A stretch of 64,000 nucleotides of DNA from positions 96,001 to 160,000 of the forward strand of contig JAHQJS010000004.1 of assembly GCA_019057385.1 (NCBI GenBank), written 5' to 3'. Positions within the stretch are counted from its first letter, which is position 1. Every line of letters begins with the position of its first letter. Positions 58,903 to 64,000 of this stretch are shown one piece after another. Made by a program: the position numbers and the translations under genes. The notes under the pieces were generated by a model. The model saw only the letters and a list, made by a program, of their open reading frames with translations. It was not told the origin of the DNA and made no database searches. The DNA is from Candidatus Borrarchaeum weybense (GTDB lineage: Archaea; Asgardarchaeota; Sifarchaeia; Borrarchaeales; Borrarchaeaceae).

Positions 58903-59477
58903 TATCAAAAAGTCTCTGGTTCACTCCAGAAGCCGTCCGCCAACATGTGTATTGCCCTCGAATTACATACTTTAGATATGTAGATGATACTTCTGTGCAA
59001 ATGACGATAAAAATGAAAAAAGGCGTAGATGACCACGAAAAAACGTTACGCGGAAAAAATACTTCTAATAGAAGAAGTAATGTTATCCGATATTATAACC
59101 TTAGACTGGAAAACCCGTATTTCCGCTTGTATGGCTTGTTAGATGTTGCAGAAGTAAAGGATAGTGAAATATATCCCGTAGATCGAAAAACTGGTAAAGC
59201 CCCTGAACATGGAGTTTATCGCCCTCATCGATTTCAGTTAGTTGCAGAAGCGTTTCTCATAGAAGCTAATTTCGGAAGAGACGTCTCTAAAGGAGTTATT
59301 GAATATAGGAACGCAGGGAGGAGAGTGGTAATTCTCTCTATAAAGGATAAATTAGAGTTCATAAATATATTAAATAAAATGAGACAAGTTGTTTCTCAAG
59401 AAAAATTACTGAAACCAACTCCTCACCTCAGAAAATGCACGGATTGTGAATATTGGAAAAAATGTAGAAGAGTTTAA
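58896..59477 (+). CDS. cas4: CRISPR-associated Cas4
   Basis: YCPR, G..DH, LYGLLD, PVDRKTG, Q...A, C.DCEY...C. Confidence 0.93.
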   Translation: MLISKSLWFTPEAVRQHVYCPRITYFRYVDDTSVQMTIKMKKGVDDHEKTLRGKNTSNRRSNVIRYYNLRLENPYFRLYGLLDVAEVKDSEIYPVDRKTGKAPEHGVYRPHRFQLVAEAFLIEANFGRDVSKGVIEYRNAGRRVVILSIKDKLEFINILNKMRQVVSQEKLLKPTPHLRKCTDCEYWKKCRRV

Positions 59478-59722
59478 ATAAAAAATCAATAAATATCACT
59501 TGAAGGCTTATATTGAATATAATGAAACAATTATCTCTCAAGAAAAAACTATGATAATTTAAATAGTTGATAGACAAATTGTCACAGAAAAGCAATGACA
59601 TATCTGCTTCCGCAGAGTACTGATGACGAACTTTAGGTATACAAAACTCTCATGTGGGCGGGGGGTTACTACGATTTTCAAGCATCAACGCTATTGGAAT
59701 CACATATAAAGGTGAGAAATTG

Positions 59723-61525
59723 ATGTTAAAACCAATTAGAGAGTTAGGAAAATATCTAAGAGACAATAAAAATTTGAACCAACTTCAGATTTTAACTGAA
59801 TCATCTAAACTTAAAAATACAAAAAAGATGATTTGCGTAGTTTTCAGTAAAGAAGAAGAGGGACTTGCTTTTGATAACGTTTATATCGAAGATTTCGATC
59901 AAGAAAAGGCGGAAAAAATACTTTACAGAACCTTTAGGCATGCTCGATATGATGCCACATTAACAGCGAAAATAACTAAACCCGATATGATTGAGAAAAG
60001 ATGGACTCTGTGGTTTGGTAAATATTTTGAGAAGTTTAAAGATGTTTTTCCAGAACTTGATTCATTAAAAGAAGCAGTCGAATCAAATAAAGATAAACTA
60101 ATTGAAGAAATTTCAGAAAAATACACGTCACTTGATAAAACAGAGAAAAGGGGCTGTCTTGTTACTATCAAGATAAAAGAAGGACGCAATGAAAAATATT
60201 TAGCAGATATTCCAGAATTTATTGAAATTTTTAAAACAACATCAATGGAGGATTTTTATTACAAGCACAAAGTAGAGTCTATAGGTGAAGGTACCTGTTG
60301 CTTGTGTATGAAAAATGAAAAAGTGATTCCAGCTTCGCCTTTTCCAGTTTTTACTGTAGATAAAGAAGGCTTCGCATATGGTTTTGATCGGGCAAATTCT
60401 TGGAAACAATTACCTATTTGTATAGAATGCACATTGGATTTGCAAGCTGGTAAGGGTTTTTTGAAAAACAAGCTCTCATTCATTCTTTATGGGTATCAGT
60501 ACTTTGTTATACCACATTTTATATTCAAAGAAATTTCAAGCGAAATAATCGATGAAATAGAATATAGGGGACGCAAAGATTATAGAAATGGCTTACTTAA
60601 TGCAGAGGAAGATATTTTGGAGGAAATGAAAGAAAAAGGCGATATATTGAATTTAATATTCGTTTTCTGTAAACCAAAACAGCAATTTTTTGACATTATA
60701 CGATACAGCGAAGATGTTTCTCCATCCTGGATAAAGAAGATGTATGATGATTTTGATGCTACTAATCGAAAAATGATTTTCAAACAAAAAAATTTGAAAG
60801 TAATATTGGGGGATAAATGGTCAGAGGGTTTCAGAAAGGGACAATGGGCTGGTAAAAGCATTAAAAATTTGAATTTATCAGGTATAGTTAAAACATTTTT
60901 CCCGACTAACTTTATTGATATCTTAGGAAATATTTTAGACCAAGAAAAAATGCACGACTATTATTTACTAAGTTCTTTAATAAAGCCGATAAGGGAACAA
61001 CATGGGCAAGGTAATGAATGGAGTGAGAAATTACTCACTCTTAAATCATTTTATTTATTTAACTTTCTTTTAGATTTGAATTTGGTTCATACAAGTCATT
61101 TTAAAAGCAAGCAATGTAAAGAGATGAACTTTATGAAAGAAACAAAGTATAGGCGATTAGAGGAATTTTTTAATGAATTCCAGAACGCCTTTGACACATC
61201 TGATAAGAAGGCAATTTTCTTAGAAGGTGTACTTGTGAATTTTCTTTTAAGCGTGCAGTATGCACAACGAGGATCAACGCCATTCAGAAAAAAGCTATAT
61301 GGACTAAAACTAGATAAAAGAAAAATTAAAAGACTTTTACCAGTAATTATAGAGAAGTTCAGAGCATATAACACCGCGTATCCCAATTTGGAAGCGTTAA
61401 TTTCGAAATATTTTGTTGAAGCCGATGAAAATGGTTGGAAGGTATCAGATAATGAATTAGGTTATTATTTTGCGCTTGGATTAAATCTTGGAAAATTTTT
61501 TAAAGGAGGTGATAAGCTTGAGTGA
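59723..61525 (+). CDS. cas8b: Type I-B large subunit Cas8b (Csh1/TM1802-like), including the Cas11-like C-terminus
   Basis: CCLC, FTVDK.GF, PIC.EC, FLEGVL..LL..Q....STPF, YYFALG; ATG at 59723 after AAGGTGA. Confidence 0.9.
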   Translation: MLKPIRELGKYLRDNKNLNQLQILTESSKLKNTKKMICVVFSKEEEGLAFDNVYIEDFDQEKAEKILYRTFRHARYDATLTAKITKPDMIEKRWTLWFGKYFEKFKDVFPELDSLKEAVESNKDKLIEEISEKYTSLDKTEKRGCLVTIKIKEGRNEKYLADIPEFIEIFKTTSMEDFYYKHKVESIGEGTCCLCMKNEKVIPASPFPVFTVDKEGFAYGFDRANSWKQLPICIECTLDLQAGKGFLKNKLSFILYGYQYFVIPHFIFKEISSEIIDEIEYRGRKDYRNGLLNAEEDILEEMKEKGDILNLIFVFCKPKQQFFDIIRYSEDVSPSWIKKMYDDFDATNRKMIFKQKNLKVILGDKWSEGFRKGQWAGKSIKNLNLSGIVKTFFPTNFIDILGNILDQEKMHDYYLLSSLIKPIREQHGQGNEWSEKLLTLKSFYLFNFLLDLNLVHTSHFKSKQCKEMNFMKETKYRRLEEFFNEFQNAFDTSDKKAIFLEGVLVNFLLSVQYAQRGSTPFRKKLYGLKLDKRKIKRLLPVIIEKFRAYNTAYPNLEALISKYFVEADENGWKVSDNELGYYFALGLNLGKFFKGGDKLE

Positions 61526-62540
61526 ACTAAACAGAACAGAGATTGTGTTTTTGTATGATGTAATGTATGCAAACCCAAATGGAGACCCAATGGAAGAAAA
61601 TAGGCCTAGAATTGATGAGGAAACTAGTATAAATATTGTGACCGATGTACGATTGAAAAGAACAATACGGGATTATTTCCTGACATTGATTGGCAACGGA
61701 GATGAAAGGCTTAAGGGGCAAGACGTTTTTATAAAAGAGGTAAGAGACTCAGAGGGGTACCTCTACGATGCAAAGACAAGGGCCAAAGATTTTCTAAGAG
61801 AGGAAGAAGAAACATTTTCGGAAATAAAAGAAAAACTTAAAGATGAAATTTGCTCTAAATGTATAGACATTCGACTTTTTGGAGGCGTAATTCCGCTAGA
61901 GTTTAAGATCAGTAATAAAACTGAAAAAGGCTCAATAACTCTAACAGGACCAGTACAATTTAAATTTGGGAGATCACTTCATCGCGTAGAGGTAAAATAC
62001 ATTCAAGGAACCGGGGCGTTTGCTTCAGATTATTCAGAAACTAAAAAGAGCACGCAGTTCACGTTTAGAGAAGAGTATGTTCTTCCATATTCACTGATTT
62101 GCTTCTACGGTATTATAAACGAAAATGCTGCAAGAACAACTAAATTAACTGAGAACGACATAAACCTGCTTTTGGAAGGCGTATGGGATGGGACAAAGAA
62201 TTTAATTACTAGATCAAAGGCTGGACAAGTGCCAAGGTTTTTATTGAAGGTCGTTTACAAGGAGACCAATTTTCACAGAGGCGATTTAGATAAAATGATT
62301 AAATTGGTGTCCGAAGGAGAAGAAGAGAAGATAAGGGATATCTCTGAGGTAAAACTGGATATTTCAGAGTTGGTGAGTACACTAAAAGAATACAAAGAGA
62401 AAATACACAGAATAGAGCTTAAGGTTGATAATAGAGCAATATTCACAACAAACGGACAAGATTTTACAAGTAACGAATTAAAAACGAAATTAAAAGAGAT
62501 AGGACTTCAAGAAAATCAAATTGGAGAATTAAACTTCTAA
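61518..62540 (+). CDS. cas7: Type I-B Cas7 (Csh2)
   Basis: NPNGDP..ENRPRID, VTDVRLKRTIRDY, DIRLFG, TGPVQF; TTG start after GGAGGTGA. Confidence 0.95.
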   Translation: MSELNRTEIVFLYDVMYANPNGDPMEENRPRIDEETSINIVTDVRLKRTIRDYFLTLIGNGDERLKGQDVFIKEVRDSEGYLYDAKTRAKDFLREEEETFSEIKEKLKDEICSKCIDIRLFGGVIPLEFKISNKTEKGSITLTGPVQFKFGRSLHRVEVKYIQGTGAFASDYSETKKSTQFTFREEYVLPYSLICFYGIINENAARTTKLTENDINLLLEGVWDGTKNLITRSKAGQVPRFLLKVVYKETNFHRGDLDKMIKLVSEGEEEKIRDISEVKLDISELVSTLKEYKEKIHRIELKVDNRAIFTTNGQDFTSNELKTKLKEIGLQENQIGELNF

Positions 62541-62550
62541 GGGTTGAATT

Positions 62551-63270
62551 ATGGTAAATAGAATACTAGTATTTGATCTCTGGAGTGACTTAGCACACTT
62601 TAGAAGGATAGAAACTACGACATCTCCTCTTACCTATCCTTTTCCTACGGGAACTACAATAGCCGGTCTTCTTGGGGCCATCTCAGGTCTTCCAAGAGAT
62701 TCATACTATAATTTGTTTTCTAGGGAAAGTATCGAATATTCATTTCGAATTCTGAATCCTATAAAGAAAATTGTTATTCCAATCAGCATAGTAAAAACAG
62801 ATGATCCTAGTTGGATCTATTTGTGGAAACTTAAAGATCCTAGGACACCCACTCCATATGAATTTGTAAAAGATCCAAAATACAGATTGTATATACATTT
62901 TAAAACTTTAAAGCTTGAAAAGACGTATAAGACGTTAAAAAACCTTCTAGAGAACCATCAAACTATTTATACACCTTACCTTGGCATTAGTGAGATGATT
63001 GCTAATTTTAAGTTTATTGGAGACATAAAAGCCATCCCGATTCAAATTGAAAATAAACCTGAGTATTTACATAGCGTAGCGAGTATAAAAACTATCAAGA
63101 TAGTTCCAAAAGAAGGAAAATATGGAAGAGAAACAATACCTCTCTATATGGATAATGAAAGGATCGTTCTCGAATATGGTACTGTTATTTACGAAGCAAA
63201 CGGTAAACCGCTCAATTTTTGTGACAGCACTATTTATGATGTAGATGGTGAAAATGTCTCCTTTCTTTAA
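62551..63270 (+). CDS. cas5: Type I-B Cas5
   Basis: FDLWSDLAHFRR..TTTSPLTY..P..T.I.GL.GAI.G, YTPYLG. Confidence 0.95.
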   Translation: MVNRILVFDLWSDLAHFRRIETTTSPLTYPFPTGTTIAGLLGAISGLPRDSYYNLFSRESIEYSFRILNPIKKIVIPISIVKTDDPSWIYLWKLKDPRTPTPYEFVKDPKYRLYIHFKTLKLEKTYKTLKNLLENHQTIYTPYLGISEMIANFKFIGDIKAIPIQIENKPEYLHSVASIKTIKIVPKEGKYGRETIPLYMDNERIVLEYGTVIYEANGKPLNFCDSTIYDVDGENVSFL

Positions 63271-64000
63271 ACTTAAATCACATTCAGATAAATTACTTAA
63301 AAAACATTTAGAAAACGTGGGTAGGTTATCTAAAGAAATAGTTAACTCAAAATCAATAGAAACAAGGGAAATCCTTGCTGAGGTTGCGTATTTAATTGGA
63401 ATAGTTCATGATTTCGGTAAATCTACTTCTTACTTCCAAAAGTGGTTAAACAACGGGGAAAGAACAAAATACGCGCAACATGGCTTTCTGTCCGCGCTAG
63501 TTGGATATCTAGCTGTTAGAAATTTTCTATCAAATATTCAAAAACTTGATGAATTATGGTTTCTGCCTGGGATAGCTTGGATTGTAATAAATAAACATCA
63601 TGGGAATTTAAGAGATATCCTTAACAAAGAGGCTTTGAAATTAAAAAATGAAGAGCAATTAGAGCTTATAGGCAAACAATTAAAAGATATTCTTAATAAT
63701 TCAGCAACTGAAGTTGATGAGTTTTACAAGTTGTTGGGATATTCAGAAATTTCAAAACTATTAAACGAGATAAGAAAATTCAGGCAACTCGCACGAGAAA
63801 TATACAAAGACATTAAGAAAATGTGCATGAGTAGTTTTAAAGAAATTTCTCTTAAATATTATTTTTGGACTCTCTTCTTTTACTCGATATTACTCGATGT
63901 TGACAAATTGGACGCTTCTAGAAGAAGTGATCTCCCAGAAAGGATGGATATACCCAGCGATATCGTTGATTCATACAAAAAGATTAGGTTTAAAGAACCG
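63254..64000 (+). CDS. cas3: Cas3 (HD nuclease domain; truncated by window end)
   Basis: Translated by eye: MSPFFKLKSHSDKLLKKHLENV...HDFGKSTSYFQ...HGFLSA...KHHGNL...LLDVDKLDAS; overlaps the cas5 3' end. Confidence 0.93.
   Translation, partial: MSPFFKLKSHSDKLLKKHLENVGRLSKEIVNSKSIETREILAEVAYLIGIVHDFGKSTSYFQKWLNNGERTKYAQHGFLSALVGYLAVRNFLSNIQKLDELWFLPGIAWIVINKHHGNLRDILNKEALKLKNEEQLELIGKQLKDILNNSATEVDEFYKLLGYSEISKLLNEIRKFRQLAREIYKDIKKMCMSSFKEISLKYYFWTLFFYSILLDVDKLDASRRSDLPERMDIPSDIVDSYKKIRFKEP

Noticed and set aside
59588-59640. CTGATGA-containing segment resembling a fluoride riboswitch or hammerhead core
   Set aside because: No pseudoknot complementarity for the crcB motif, no GAAA/stem II for a hammerhead, and no fluoride-related gene nearby
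1-64000. tRNA or rRNA genes
   Set aside because: No cloverleaf/T-loop or rRNA-like GC-rich segment recognised by eye; a tRNAscan run would be needed to exclude them fully

Overview
This is a low-GC archaeal window, most likely from an Asgard archaeon. The evidence is a eukaryote-like ubiquitin/ESCRT locus (RING E3, ubiquitin with a GG-NI tail, JAMM protease, UEV-Vps23, Vps28, Vps22/36, Vps25, Vps4) set among typical archaeal housekeeping genes (TrmI, Hef, TFB, TrmB, archaemetzincin, ApgM, aspartate kinase-asd). Three IS200/IS605-family elements share one left end and a TTTAT target: an intact tnpB-only IS, a 258-bp promoter+omegaRNA MITE derived from it, and a 405-bp ORF-less element carrying an IscB/HEARO-type omegaRNA. 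The right third is a type I-B CRISPR-Cas island with a 49-repeat array, cas1-cas2-cas4 and cas8b-cas7-cas5-cas3 (truncated by the window edge). Its most unusual accessory parts are: (i) a wHTH-fused, apparently catalytically dead NurA paired with an intact HerA at the array trailer; (ii) a DUF2797-like Zn/GIY-YIG-like gene tightly coupled to cas1; (iii) two orphan repeat-spacer-repeat mini-arrays, one lying 28 nt upstream of the IscB-type omegaRNA on the same strand. Features missed by the ORF track include a Thr4 leader peptide upstream of ask-asd, an ABCE1/RLI-like Fe-S N-terminal domain on the reductive dehalogenase, a 32-aa membrane peptide and a conserved upstream motif shared by two FIST paralogs. 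All family assignments are by motif recognition; no searches were run.
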